Below are positions 11,484 to 23,027 of a DNA stretch of 64,000 nt, piece after piece (position 1 is the first letter of the stretch; the number at the start of each line of letters is the position of its first letter). The stretch spans positions 131,409 to 195,408 of the forward strand of contig VRVR01000027.1 in assembly GCA_009859145.1 (NCBI GenBank), read 5' to 3'. The notes beneath the pieces were generated by a model. The model did not search any database, was not told the DNA's origin, and saw only the letters and a program-made list of their open reading frames with translations. The translations under genes and the position numbers were made by a program. The stretch is from Andalucia godoyi And28 (taxonomy: Eukaryota > Protista > Jakobida).

Positions 11484-12733
11484 ATGGACCCCCAGCATCA
11501 ACCTTCGGTTTCCCCACCTACAAAGCAGAACCCTCAGGGAATTGCGAAATGGAACCCTATCTTGGTCCGGTTGTCCACTCCGTGTTCGGCACAGCTGCAA
11601 ATGCAACTATTTCAACCACAACACCAAAGCCTTTCACTCTCTGTCAGCAGAGCATGGACACTGTATGATTTTCAGCAAGATCTCCAACGGAGCACAAATT
11701 CTTGCACACCTGCCACAGTACCTTCCCGGCAGTATGTATTGGATTCTGGGACGACAACATCACAAGCGGACGCACCCTCGAGGGTCTTCCAACCACATTT
11801 GAAACGCTGGACCGCGGAAGAAGACGCCAAGCTCCTAGAAGGCATTCGAATGTGTGGTGCGAATTCATGGAGTTGCATCAGCGATTTATTGGAACTTGCA
11901 GGCATCCGAACGCGTGCTTCCAACGATTCCGTCGGGTACTTGATCCAAAGTTGGTGCGAGACAAGCAGTGGACATTTGAAGAATATTTGAAGCTGACTGT
12001 CTTGTATCGAATGCATGGCACTCGCTGGACTTTGATCAGTGCACGTCTTCCTGGTCGTCATGATGATGCTGTTCGATCTCGCTGGCTGGCGAAATGCCAA
12101 AGAGCCACCGCCGCAATTCAAGCAGGTGCGCAGCATCAGTTGTTCGTCGATATAGAAAATCTGACAAATGAGACCTCTGATCACAGGTGGATCGATCGAT
12201 GCCTTTGTGAAGCCAAAGAACGACTTCTGGACGACCCATACCCTCCTGGACTCTTCTGCATTGTCCTATCATCATGCGGCTATTCTCATCCTGATATTCC
12301 CCATTCCCTTGTCGCAGAACTTGAAGCAATTTCTGCTGTGTCCAACGCGGCAGGCGCAACAGATTCACCTCCATTGAACACTAGAAAACGAAGAAGTTCA
12401 CTCGAGCCCAACGTATTCAGCCATTCCAACGAAGATGTTCCACAGGTGGATGTGCAACCTCTCACGGCCAACTCCCATCCAGTTCCTGTTCTGTCGTCAT
12501 CAGAACGTAGAAAACGAGGAGTTGGAAATATACCTATCAGGGTTGCATCCAGTGCAAATACTTCGACTTCGTTGGCTGGCAATCAGCAAGTATCGAAGTT
12601 TGACGAATGTTGTCATGACAGACACCTTTCTTCTGGCATGTCCACTCCTACAACCCTTGGAATTTCATCCAATTCAAGAACTCCTTTATCTCCTATATTA
12701 TTGGCTTCGTTACTTCATAATGCCAATCCATGA
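11484..12733 (+). CDS. Two-repeat Myb-domain transcription factor (frameshift near 11909)
   Basis: RWTAEEDAKLL..W in ORF 11163..11990; CFQRF..VLDP..KQWTFEE..HGTRWTLIS.RLPGR..DAVRSRW in ORF 11702..12733. One extra base is needed at the junction. Confidence 0.8.
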
Positions 12734-13269
12734 TCTAGTAATGTTGCATATACTGATCGAGGACTTTTCTGAGCAGTCCGAAGAGGTCCCCTGCCAATTT
12801 ATTTCCAGAGGGATCAATCGCAAATTGCACAACTACTAATCATGTTGACATCACGGAGAGACTGGGAAAAACTTCCCACCTCTCACCGTGTTTCCATGCC
12901 AATTCCTATAAACAGAGGAAGAACAAGGAGATCTCCTCAACCCTTCCAACAAGCTACAGGTCGACGAAAACTTCGATCCCCATCGATTGTGCTGCTTCGA
13001 GAGTTCAGTATGTAAATTATCAGGAGATCGTTCAAATCGAAGTCTTCCCACAACCCATTCAAATGCAGCCTTGTCGCACAGCCTTTCCGCAATTTTCTAT
13101 GCGAGCGGGCTGCTCAGGAAACTTCACTCTCCAAGTCATGACGTTTTTCGCAAAGCAAGGACCATAGACAAATCTCAACAAGCGAAAACAGAGAATAGAA
13201 GAAGCCAGAGTTGTAACAAAGCATTTACGAAACGCAACCACGTTTTTCTCGAGGAATTCCCATTTAAAA

Positions 13270-13834
13270 TCAGACAAAGCAGTAGGAGAAAAATGCGATG
13301 CCGAATGAGATTAAGGAGAAAGATGAGGACAGGAGCGAGGATGCGCCATTCGTGCAAAACTTCCCTTTGCCCACAAACGCCACAGCACTTGCAAATGTAG
13401 AGTCCGCAGGTCGGAAGCCCGCAAACGTATTTTCATTGGGGGCGCAGTATCCGTTGGTGAACCCAATAAAGTACTCGTAGTTATTCACGATCGACCAGCA
13501 GTATCCGGACACTTCGCACGAAATGTTGCCGAACGTCACGCTTTGGAACGCGGTTGCACATGGGAAGGATACGGTGCCCGGGGCCGGGCTCGACACTTTG
13601 AGCTCCTTGAAAATCTCGGACTGGTACTGCGTCCCCAAACAGGAGGAAGCAATCCTTGTGGAATTGCCACACCAACTCCCAGAGAGGGTCGCTGCAAAGG
13701 ATGTAGCAGTGTTCGGGCATTTGTTCTGAGCAATCGCTGCTCCGACTTGGATGGGGGGCTAAGGTGAGGCTACTCAGTAGCAGAGCGAACATCGCCAGCA
13801 GACCCGTTCTCGCAAGCCCAGCCTGTGCTCTCAT
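13270..13834 (-). CDS. Small secreted, probably GPI-anchored Cys-containing surface protein (frameshift in the G6 run 13753-13758)
   Basis: Removing one base from the run joins a signal peptide (MRAQAGLARTGLLAMFALLLSSLTLAPIQVGA) to a Cys-rich body. C-terminus NGASSLLSSSFSLISFGIAFFSYCFV fits a GPI signal (small omega residues plus hydrophobic tail). Confidence 0.65.
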
Positions 13835-14121
13835 CTTTTTCTATCTATTTGCTTATTTTTTGAACACCCCTTTGAAAGTTGCTCAAGGAGGAGTTCAATA
13901 TATGTAAACTCACAAACGACAACGAATATTCAAAAGTAGAATAAATACGCAGCGCACGAAAAAAGAAAAAGAACCCAGTTCAACGGTGTAAAGAAAACAG
14001 CAATCATGACACCTTGCTGGGAACGATCAACGTGTAGGAGCAAAGAGGATTTTACCGATCAACCCGATTTCGGTAGCGCACGGGCAGAACGTTGCTCCTA
14101 TGTAACCTTAAGTGACGCGAT

Positions 14122-15399
14122 TTGCTCACATGCAATTTTCATGAAGCAATGCATCTTCCGTTCGTGATTCCGTGCATCCGAGACATCCTGAGGCGCTGTC
14201 TCTGGATTCGCTTTCCTGAAATTGCCTCTGGCATCATGTTCTATTCCGAGATTCTGGATCTGATGAACAGGGAGGCATCGCTAATCTGGGGGATTCAGGG
14301 ACACGGACGAGCTGCGCGGGCCGCCAGTGCGGTTGTGGTCAACACAGAAATCTCAGCAAAGCTGCATTTCGCACTGTTCAATCTGATGAACGTCACATGG
14401 ATGAACATTTCTTTCCATTTCCCCATGGATGCGGCGATTAAAGAGTTTTTGATGAAAAGCGTGCACTGTTTTGAGTTTTCCATTGTTGCGATGAGCTCCG
14501 AAAAACCAGTTTCCGACCTCATTTTGATCACGCTGAGTCGAGCAGAGGACCCGCAGTTTTGCTATGAGCTGTGCAGGTTGTTGAAATCCGTCATTACGCA
14601 TGCAAGGCCTGACGAAAAGCGGAGAGTCCTTGTCTTCCACGCCGTGTCTTGCCTGTTCACCAAGAACGCCGATCTCGTTCAGCTGTTCCCCCGATCTGCA
14701 GAGAATCCGCAACCGCAGACCGTGGCGCAATCTTCCAGTTCTCTTAGCGCAGAATCCGCAGCGACACAGACCGGATTGCACGTTGACCAGTTCATCAGCG
14801 CGCTCTTTGAAACGTGGCTTGAGATCCTCCGCGGTCTGTCTGCATCGAGCATTGACCCGCGGTCCTTTTCCTTGACATTCCGTCTGATCATTCTGTTCCT
14901 GCTGGTGAGCAAGCCGCGGTTTCTGATGTCGGCTGCGAAAGCTCTCTGGATTCTTCTGTCGAATGCTCCGCAGCACGCCATTTCGGCCAGCACGGAGATT
15001 TGGAAAGAGGCCGTCGGATTCTTGCTCTCCTCCCAGACGATCTCCACGTTCCTCTCGGAGGGGTATCTGGAATTGAGCCCCTTTTTGTCGCTGGAGAGTC
15101 CCGAGACGGACGTGACCCCGTCGCTGCAGCATCTGGATTGCATACCGATCGACCGTCCAGGTGCTCCGGATCCGCACGTCCTTGCGCAGGTCTGCAGGTC
15201 ACCGGTCTCTGCCGATGGTGCTGCTCGATTCACCTTTTATTTTTCCAACGTCCGCGATCGCACCGCGCGGATGATGCAAGTATTCTTGACAAGCACATTG
15301 GACGACGGGTCCCTGGTGCATTACATGAAGATGATGAATCTCACATTTCAGGGCTTCCGATCCACCTTCATGAGTCGGTTTCAAGTGGATACGCTGTAG
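14122..15399 (+). CDS. Hypothetical, largely alpha-helical protein; 5' end uncertain
   Basis: 425-aa open frame with Leu-rich helical composition; its TAG is in frame with the following RING ORF. Confidence 0.5.
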   Translation: MLTCNFHEAMHLPFVIPCIRDILRRCLWIRFPEIASGIMFYSEILDLMNREASLIWGIQGHGRAARAASAVVVNTEISAKLHFALFNLMNVTWMNISFHFPMDAAIKEFLMKSVHCFEFSIVAMSSEKPVSDLILITLSRAEDPQFCYELCRLLKSVITHARPDEKRRVLVFHAVSCLFTKNADLVQLFPRSAENPQPQTVAQSSSSLSAESAATQTGLHVDQFISALFETWLEILRGLSASSIDPRSFSLTFRLIILFLLVSKPRFLMSAAKALWILLSNAPQHAISASTEIWKEAVGFLLSSQTISTFLSEGYLELSPFLSLESPETDVTPSLQHLDCIPIDRPGAPDPHVLAQVCRSPVSADGAARFTFYFSNVRDRTARMMQVFLTSTLDDGSLVHYMKMMNLTFQGFRSTFMSRFQVDTL

Positions 15400-15408
15400 C
15401 TGTCAATC

Positions 15409-15783
15409 ATGTTTCTGGTGCGCGGTACCCGTGACCGGTCCGTCATGGACCATCATGAAGAGGAGGTTCGCGGTCTTCGCGCAGACATCGCTGTCCTCCA
15501 AGAGAAAATTTTATTGCAAGAGTCGCAGATCTCGAAGTCCAAGTCTTCCTTGGCGTCCTCCGAAGCCAAGCTGCGCGAACAGGAAGAGTCTTTTAATTGC
15601 GCCATTTGTTCGGATACGTACATTGGCAATCACCCTTGCGTTCTCACCAATTGTGGCCATATTTATTGCAGAGTCTGCCTGGAGTCCTTTTTGGGGATGC
15701 CGCCCCCTGGCCGATCGCGTCACGAGTGTCCGCTGTGCAGACGACCGATTGTGAATCCGTTCGTGGAACTCGCGGGAATATGA
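15409..15783 (+). CDS. Coiled-coil + C3HC4 RING finger protein (putative E3 ligase)
   Basis: CAIC...CGHIYCRVC...CPLCR preceded by a heptad-like segment. Confidence 0.85.
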   Translation: MFLVRGTRDRSVMDHHEEEVRGLRADIAVLQEKILLQESQISKSKSSLASSEAKLREQEESFNCAICSDTYIGNHPCVLTNCGHIYCRVCLESFLGMPPPGRSRHECPLCRRPIVNPFVELAGI

Positions 15784-15870
15784 ACCTAAGCAAGCGGTAT
15801 TGTGCGTTTCCTTCCCAAAAACTCATTGCTGCTGATTTACACCACCATTCCTCTTTTTTTAATAATTATT

Positions 15871-18800
15871 TTAACTGTTCTTTCTGCCGATAATGAGAGC
15901 AGTGGAAACGTCGCCAACACCCTTGACAAAGATCTTTTCTCGCTCTTCGTACGCGTACTTGTCGTGAATGAGCGCCAGGGTTTCTCTCGTCACCTGAACT
16001 CTGCCAACGACTCCCGTGCTCTCCATCTTGTTGGCAATGTTGACAGTCGATGCCCAGCAATCAAAGGCGAACTTGTCCTCTCCGATCACGCCTCCAATCA
16101 CACTCCCGGTGTTCACTCCGCATCGAATCTGCCAAGTCGCAGCCAGCGGCTCCTTCAATACAAACTCCTTGAGACACTCAATCATTTCCAGCGCGCATTC
16201 AACGGCATCCTCTGCTTGCGTGTTGCGACGGACATCCTGGAATCCCGCGACGCCAAAGAAGGCATCGCCAATTGTCTTGATTTTCTCCACATGGTGCTTC
16301 TTGCAGATTCGGTCAAAACGGATAACAAGATCGTTCAGAACACGCACCATCTCGTCTGGGCTGGCGTCCTTTGTGGATTCTGTGAAGCCTGCGATGTCCG
16401 TAAACAACACCGATACCTGAGGATAGCGTTTCGAAATGGGACGAGTGGTGTCGATGGAGCCGTCTGGACGAATGCGACTCTTGAGCTGCGACGCAACTTC
16501 ATCTGGAAAGATGTTCTTGAGCAACTTTTCCGAGCGGGCTTGCTCCTCCTTGATCAACGAGTCTTGCTTCACCCTCTGCGTCCTGTCGTGGATCACCAAG
16601 ATCAAGAAGCCGCGCTGCACAGATGCACCCAGGTGCGCGGGGAACGTTTCTACGTTGCCGTCTTGAGTCCGAACCATCATCAACTTCTCGGTGACAATGT
16701 CGGACGAGGCATGGCCAGAAACTTCGGCTTCATTCAGCATTCTGCAGAATCCTCCGACCTTCTCGGCATCGGCTTCACAAAACAGGTGCCGAACAGACTG
16801 TCCAATCAAAGCTTCTCGCGAACACCCAAACATGATTCCGGCGGCTCGGTTCACCAAGACGATCTTCTCCGACCGATCAACCTCCACCAAGGCATCCGGA
16901 AGCGCCTCCGACATGTCAACGACCTTTGCATCGTCCTCGGGAGTCTCCGACGCATGTACTTGTCCCGAGGACAGCAATGCATGAATGGCTCGATTGTCTT
17001 GCACGCACTTGTAAGGCAGCATCAGCATCAGCAGTTGCGCCTGCCGGAACTCGTCCTGAATCTTGTTCGACAGCACGATCATGATGCATAGCAAAATAAG
17101 CGACAAGGGGGCGATTATTCCAAAGTATATGGAGACTCGGGATTTCATGGTGGAAAACCGGTCTGAATAATCAGACTGGAGGCTGCTTGCTGCATACGAC
17201 AAATTTTCACTGACTCGACTTTCCCAGTTGACCATCTGCGTGACAAACGCCGGAGTCCTGAATTTGGCGGGATACGTCGTCGAATTTGAGCGGTAAAAAT
17301 ACGTGAACATCTCATCCGCGCTGACCAGCACATCCTCGACAGAATAGCAAAGAAGACTCGTCACCGAGGCACAGGCTGGCTGGCGGAAGGCAGACACCAC
17401 ACCGGGAAGCGTGTTGAAATGCGTGTAAATTCCCTGCTGATTCACGCTTGGGAGGCCAAATCGAAAATGCTTCAAGTCCGTTTGAAATTTTCTGTTCGTC
17501 AACGCTCCTAGCAGACCTTGGATGCGCGAAACCAGCGAGCGCGTCAGAGTGGTGAAGAAAATCATAATCACCGTCCAATCGCAGCCAGAAGTAAAGACTC
17601 TGGAGAGCTTCATGGATCCAATTATTTCCTGTCCCACACCTCCCGTGGATGTGTACAACACATATTGCTCCGTGGAAAACGCCACAACCGTGACGAACAA
17701 GAAGAGCCACAACACAAAGCCAACAACCATAGTTCGTGAGATCGAATGGGATCTGAAGTCTTTTGAGCTTGTTCACATCGGTCTCTTCAGACCGAGAAGA
17801 CATTGTCTGCGAGTACTGTGACGACAGCGAATGAAGTGCGCGTGAGGCATCCGATTTTGGAACCGATTCGAACAATTCATAGAGCCGCTTTCGCTCTCGG
17901 CGAATGGCCATCAAAGCCGGAATGATAATGACCAGCGGCACAACGATGAGCAGCGCAAGAGAGACTCCGAGGATGATGGAGTTCGTCACGACGAGTTGGC
18001 TGTAGAACGTCGAATTGAATCTCTCCACGTACGCCTGGGTAATGTCTTGCAACGTTACGCCAATCGACGCTGCATTGTACACAACCCAGAGCCAATTGGT
18101 CGTGGTGAAGGACCCGAAGGTCACGTTCTTGTAGGCATAGACATTTTGAAACAGCGTCTGCAGTGCATCCCACGCAGAGGTCAGGACGATCTGTCCGCCA
18201 CCGAGGGAGACATCAATAGGAACCCGAGGGGACTTCCACAAATCCATCAGCGCGGAGTCGTCCGTGGGGGGATTCTGCACGACGAGCTGGTCAACCAGGA
18301 AGATGCCCAAGTCATATGTCGTCTGCAGCTTCCTCTGGGCAATTGCGTAGTCGACAGGCCGCGAAAACTGCGTAGAGATGTAGGACATCGTTCCTCTGAA
18401 GGAGAATCCCTGCCCAAGTTCCTGGAGTCTGCTGGCGCGGTACACTTCCGTGAGGTTTCCGTCGAACTTGTTTGTCACCGACACGAGCACGCCGAACGCA
18501 ATCGCAACCATGATGAGAAGGACGAGCACCGTGAGAGACGAAGCAAGTATGAGTCGGAAAACAGAGGGAGACCGGTAGTTCGCAACTCGATCTCGGAAAA
18601 TCGCAATGCGCGAGCCAGTGGAGCCCTTGGAACTTCCAGAGGCCTGCGATTTGCGATCGTCGTCGCCGCCAATTAGATGGGCATCCGAGGATGCTTGAGA
18701 CAGACTCTCCAAGCTGCCGATCTGTGCTCTGTCTCGGTCCGCAAACGAAACCGGCGCAATTCTGCTGCGGCGGCTGGCGGGAAGGTGGGAAGAATTGACG

Positions 18801-20554
18801 GGGCGTTGAAGTTTTCCACCAGAACCACCGCTACCACCGCCATCTTCAAGACGTTCTGCTTCGTACTGCTCTGCCATTTCCAGGTATTGCTGCGCCTTGA
18901 AAGGATCGCCCAGAATGTTCTCGAAAAACAGGGCATTCTCTCGGAGGACTGCTGGCGACCGAGGGAACCGTTCCAACAAGCTTTGCAACCGGGACAGTAA
19001 GCTCTTCTTTTCAGAGCACACGACCGAAACCAACCCCGACATTCGGCCCTCGCTCATTCTGTGTTTTGCAAGGTCACGGAAGAATCGAAGCAACAGATTT
19101 TGGAGATTCTCTCGAGCACGCTGCACCATTTTCAGCTGCACAGCGATCTCACGAGCTTCCTCTGAAAAGTAACCGGAGAACAGCGATAAGCGAAGCTCAT
19201 AGCGCAATGACGTGAAGGTCGCAAGGTTGTACCACCCTGAAAGACCGTGTCTCTCAATGTCACTCACAGCCTTCAGAAGTGCGTTCTTGTGTTGGGGACA
19301 GAAATTGAAAAGGAACAGCGCGTAGTTCAGCAGCAAGCCAGTCGCATAATTTGAGGATTTCAAAGAGAGGCCCAACACATCCGCTGCCATGTCTGCATCA
19401 TCGGGAACTTGAAACTGGTGCGATTTTCCGTAACGCAACGCAGTGTGAAAATCCAGTCGGACTACGATATGGGTCTCCTTGTGAAAATCGGGAAATGGCT
19501 CCGCAGACGCTGCCGACGAGGCGTCGTCGTGTTCTTCGATTTCCTTCTGTTTCGAAGCAAAGTCCGCGAAAAACAAATGAGATTTCCATGCATCTCGTCG
19601 CAGCAGCCAGATTGAGATGGGAATGAACACAAGCGGAGCCGCAAGAAACGCCCACGCAATGTTGACGGTAGGAGCAATTGCAGACGAATACAAGAACGCC
19701 ACGCAACTCCAGGATGCCGATAGAAAGGCAAGGATGAACCACAGCCAATTAATGTTCATGTCAAAAAACGGCAATTCGAAAAACACGTGTGATGCGAACA
19801 CAGCGGCAACAGCGAATTGGGCCATTGGGGCTACAACAATCGCAGAGGTGCCGTCCAGAAATACGTACAAGAGCACACAGACGACTCGGCAGATCGACCA
19901 CATTGTGGTGAACAATGGGTAGGGGCATGCGCTTGGCGACAGTTCCTTGGAGTACTTGGTTTTGATGAACAGGGCGGAATACAGAAAGTCGGCGGACAAG
20001 AGCAAAACCAAGCCCAGCACGGAGAACGCCTGTGCAAGCACTGCAAATGTCGAATTCCAGCACATGTCCGATCGGATGGAGCATGAAACGGAACGAAGAA
20101 GCATTAGACATCCGGGAAGAAAGCAAACGTTGTGCAGTACCACAAACGTGCTGTTCACATAGGGAAGCAACACAATCAGAGACTCCCGGTTGTTCAGCAT
20201 GCCTACTGCATTCCAAAGAAGAAGACCGGAGGAACACACGAAAGCAAGACTCGTAGTCAGAACGTAAATCTCCAGCACTTCCAGATAAGACGAAAACAGG
20301 CCATACGGCTCGTTGATGACGTTGAGTATTTCAAAAACGATTTTGCTTTCGTCATTCCACGACCAAGATGGCCGCAGCGCCAGCAGGGCAAACTGCAACA
20401 GCGAAATCGCCACCAGCAGGACAGAAGCAAAGCTGGGAAGAACATTGCTCTTCCCAACGCGATGAAACGCCGCGGCCACTCGTCCGAAGAAGGAGTCGTC
20501 GAACGTTGCAGCAGTGGAGGACTCGCTGCCCTCTGCGGACTGATGGTCATCCAT
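15871..20554 (-). CDS. Multi-TM / TPR-like (TmcB/TmcC-like) / PAS / class III adenylate cyclase, paralog 1 (frameshift at run 17761-17764)
   Basis: FTDIAGFT, EKIKTIGDAFF, FDCWASTVNIANKMES; PAS motif VNRAAGIMFG. Collinear with the 23028..28097 paralog. Removing one A gives NKLKDFRSHS and joins ORFs 17312..20794 and 15871..17730. Confidence 0.88.
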
Positions 20555-21283
20555 GTTGGTGGCCTGGACTTGAAGAATGCGGGAAAGGGGGTTCTGAAAA
20601 TGTGAGGCTATTAAGGAAAGTAGCGGGAAAAGCAGGGAGGGCGAGGGAGCGTGAGAAAGTGAGTGAGAAAAACGAAAAGTTGGAGAGAGGTTCGTTTCGT
20701 CATCAACGCCACAATCGATATCGGGCTTTGAAAGATCCATTTCGAAAATGTTTTGGAGATGTCTGAGCAAACCGGATGATACAGTCCCAGTCAAAAAATA
20801 GTCGGATCAGATTCGGCTGTGCCGAAATCTTGAACCGGTAACAGGCAAGACTGTGACAGAATTGGTGCAGAATTGCCAAAAGCAATGGATTCGTGAGCAG
20901 TCTCTGCACGACCACCTCGCATCCCAGCAATCTGAGCAAGCAAACGAAACGGGAATTGTCAGCTGCATGAATCACGCCCGAGTTGCTGGACGCCGCGAGC
21001 TGCAAGTGCTTTCCTCGTTTTAAGATCTGCGAAAGTCATTCAGTCCCTCGTGAACAAGAAATAAACTTCTAAGACACATGTTCAAGCGACCAAGCGAATG
21101 TCTCCCCGAAGGCTAATCTCCAATTTTACGACGACAGGGAACTCTAGATCACTCAAAAGTACACAGCGCGAATCGAGGAATATTGCTAAGAATCATGTAA
21201 CGTCATGTCATTATCTAATGCCATTATCAGTGATGCTTGCCATGACAGCAAGAGATCTGTCAACAGAGAGGAAGCAATTTCTG

Positions 21284-22468
21284 TTACGGTAAAATGGCGT
21301 TGTTCTCCATTTCGATTTCTGGTTGTTCTGATTCTTCCATTGTACGTAATTTCGACGTTTCATACGAGATACGGGCCCATTCAATGCTCTCAACGAACGA
21401 GACAGTCATATTTGTAGATACTCGATGCATGTAAGCGAGACGAGCAATCTCTGGTAAAAACCTCTTAGCATCGTCCGGAAGTGCATGAAACACAATGGAT
21501 TGGTTAGCTGCCCTCCAAAATCGTGAGATTTTCCCGGATGCTGCTGCAACATGGAACACTATCATGAGAAGGTGAAGTGCAAACGTTCTTCTGGAGACCT
21601 TTAGTGGAAGTTTCGCAACGGCCATTGCATGCATAACATCCTCCCGCAACAATTTCAGCTGTTGTGCATCAGCACACTCCAAAATAGCTCGCTTGATTTG
21701 TGCGAAAGGTAACTTGTCTCGTTGGGAAGTAATTCTGAACTCGACACGAAGCTGAGGTTGGGTCACCAGTTCACGATAAAATTCAGCGGAATGCTGCTGC
21801 TCCGAACAGACGCCGATCGGAAAATATTTGACCGGAAGCGGAGCAGCCCTCGCGATCCTGTTGAAAAAGTTCTGCAACGTCGCTCTGCCAGTTCGAATCA
21901 GTGGTAGCAGCTTGTACGGCATAGGGGAATTGTGGGAGAGAATCGAACAATCGCGCAGGCTCCTACACGGTTTCCTCGTCGATTGGACAATCCAGACAGG
22001 CTGATCGTGAGCATCATCTTTGACAAACGACTGAGAATCATGCTTGAGATGACTGCCAGCCAAAGGATCTCCCTGCGTTCCATTACAGAATTGCTCACTC
22101 GTCTGCGGTCGCTCAGTACCACGGAAGCCAACACACCCCCGTTCATTCCCAGGACATGATTCACCAGTCGTAATCGATCTGTGATGCAGGTTTCGGAAAG
22201 AACGGAATGCAGGACCTGCGTTGACGGGGACAATCTCCAAAATCATCGGAGGATGATCCATTTGCGGAATAGCATAACCAACAGACATTGGGTATTCTGT
22301 CTGTTTCAAATGCTCGGCGCCTTCTCTATACGGCACAGTCGCTGAATGCATAGGAGGCAAAAATGGACGCAAAGGAATTTCCGAGGGGTTGCTTGTTGAG
22401 GGATTCTTTCCGTTGAACGGACAGTCGGACGAAACCATCATCAAAAATTCATCAAACCTCGGAAGCAT
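21284..22468 (-). CDS. Hypothetical protein
   Basis: Long ORF (21284..22582; probable ATG 22468) lying between the two cyclases; no motif recognised. Confidence 0.5.
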   Translation of the reverse strand: MLPRFDEFLMMVSSDCPFNGKNPSTSNPSEIPLRPFLPPMHSATVPYREGAEHLKQTEYPMSVGYAIPQMDHPPMILEIVPVNAGPAFRSFRNLHHRSITTGESCPGNERGCVGFRGTERPQTSEQFCNGTQGDPLAGSHLKHDSQSFVKDDAHDQPVWIVQSTRKPCRSLRDCSILSHNSPMPYKLLPLIRTGRATLQNFFNRIARAAPLPVKYFPIGVCSEQQHSAEFYRELVTQPQLRVEFRITSQRDKLPFAQIKRAILECADAQQLKLLREDVMHAMAVAKLPLKVSRRTFALHLLMIVFHVAAASGKISRFWRAANQSIVFHALPDDAKRFLPEIARLAYMHRVSTNMTVSFVESIEWARISYETSKLRTMEESEQPEIEMENNAILP

Positions 22469-23027
22469 TCGACTTGTCTTGGAGTTTTGAAAGAGGTGAA
22501 TATTCGACGGACAAAACAAAATGGCAAACAGCAAGACGAAAAGGTGATTGGATCGGCTTCGACAATAAATAGCGATTTCCAAATCACGTGGACTTTTTGT
22601 GCTTGCAGCCGAACTTGCGACGCTGTAACGTTCGATATGTTAAGGACTTAAGGCAGATGGTCAGTTGCACCGTCATCACTGCTTGCATGATCGGTCCAGG
22701 CCCCAGATATCCACTCGGGTATATCAAATTATGTATTCCAAGTCGAAACACTAAATCCCGTTCAGCTCACGTCCAAAAGCACAGCGCAGCTCCTTCAGAT
22801 CATACGTCGAAGCAGAATTTGGGATCCTTCAAAAAAAGGAAATTCTCGGTTACTGAAAGTGCTTGCTCTGCATCTGCACTGTCAACTGCCGTCCCTGGAG
22901 TTCGGCTCTCAATTTTAGAAGGACAGTGATCTCATGAAAAAGCAAGACGATTTTTTCCATGTAAATTTGTTCATCGCTCAGCTCTGTTTCCTTTCTCTAT
23001 CTCAAAATTCTGCAAACAGCGCGAGCC

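Noticed and set aside
15802-17091. 429-aa plus-strand ORF and similar long antisense ORFs (14353..15177, 17996..18676, 37934..38656, 42203..42889, 53035..53826)
   Set aside because: They lie antisense to well-supported genes and show no motifs; typical shadow ORFs in ~50% GC coding DNA.
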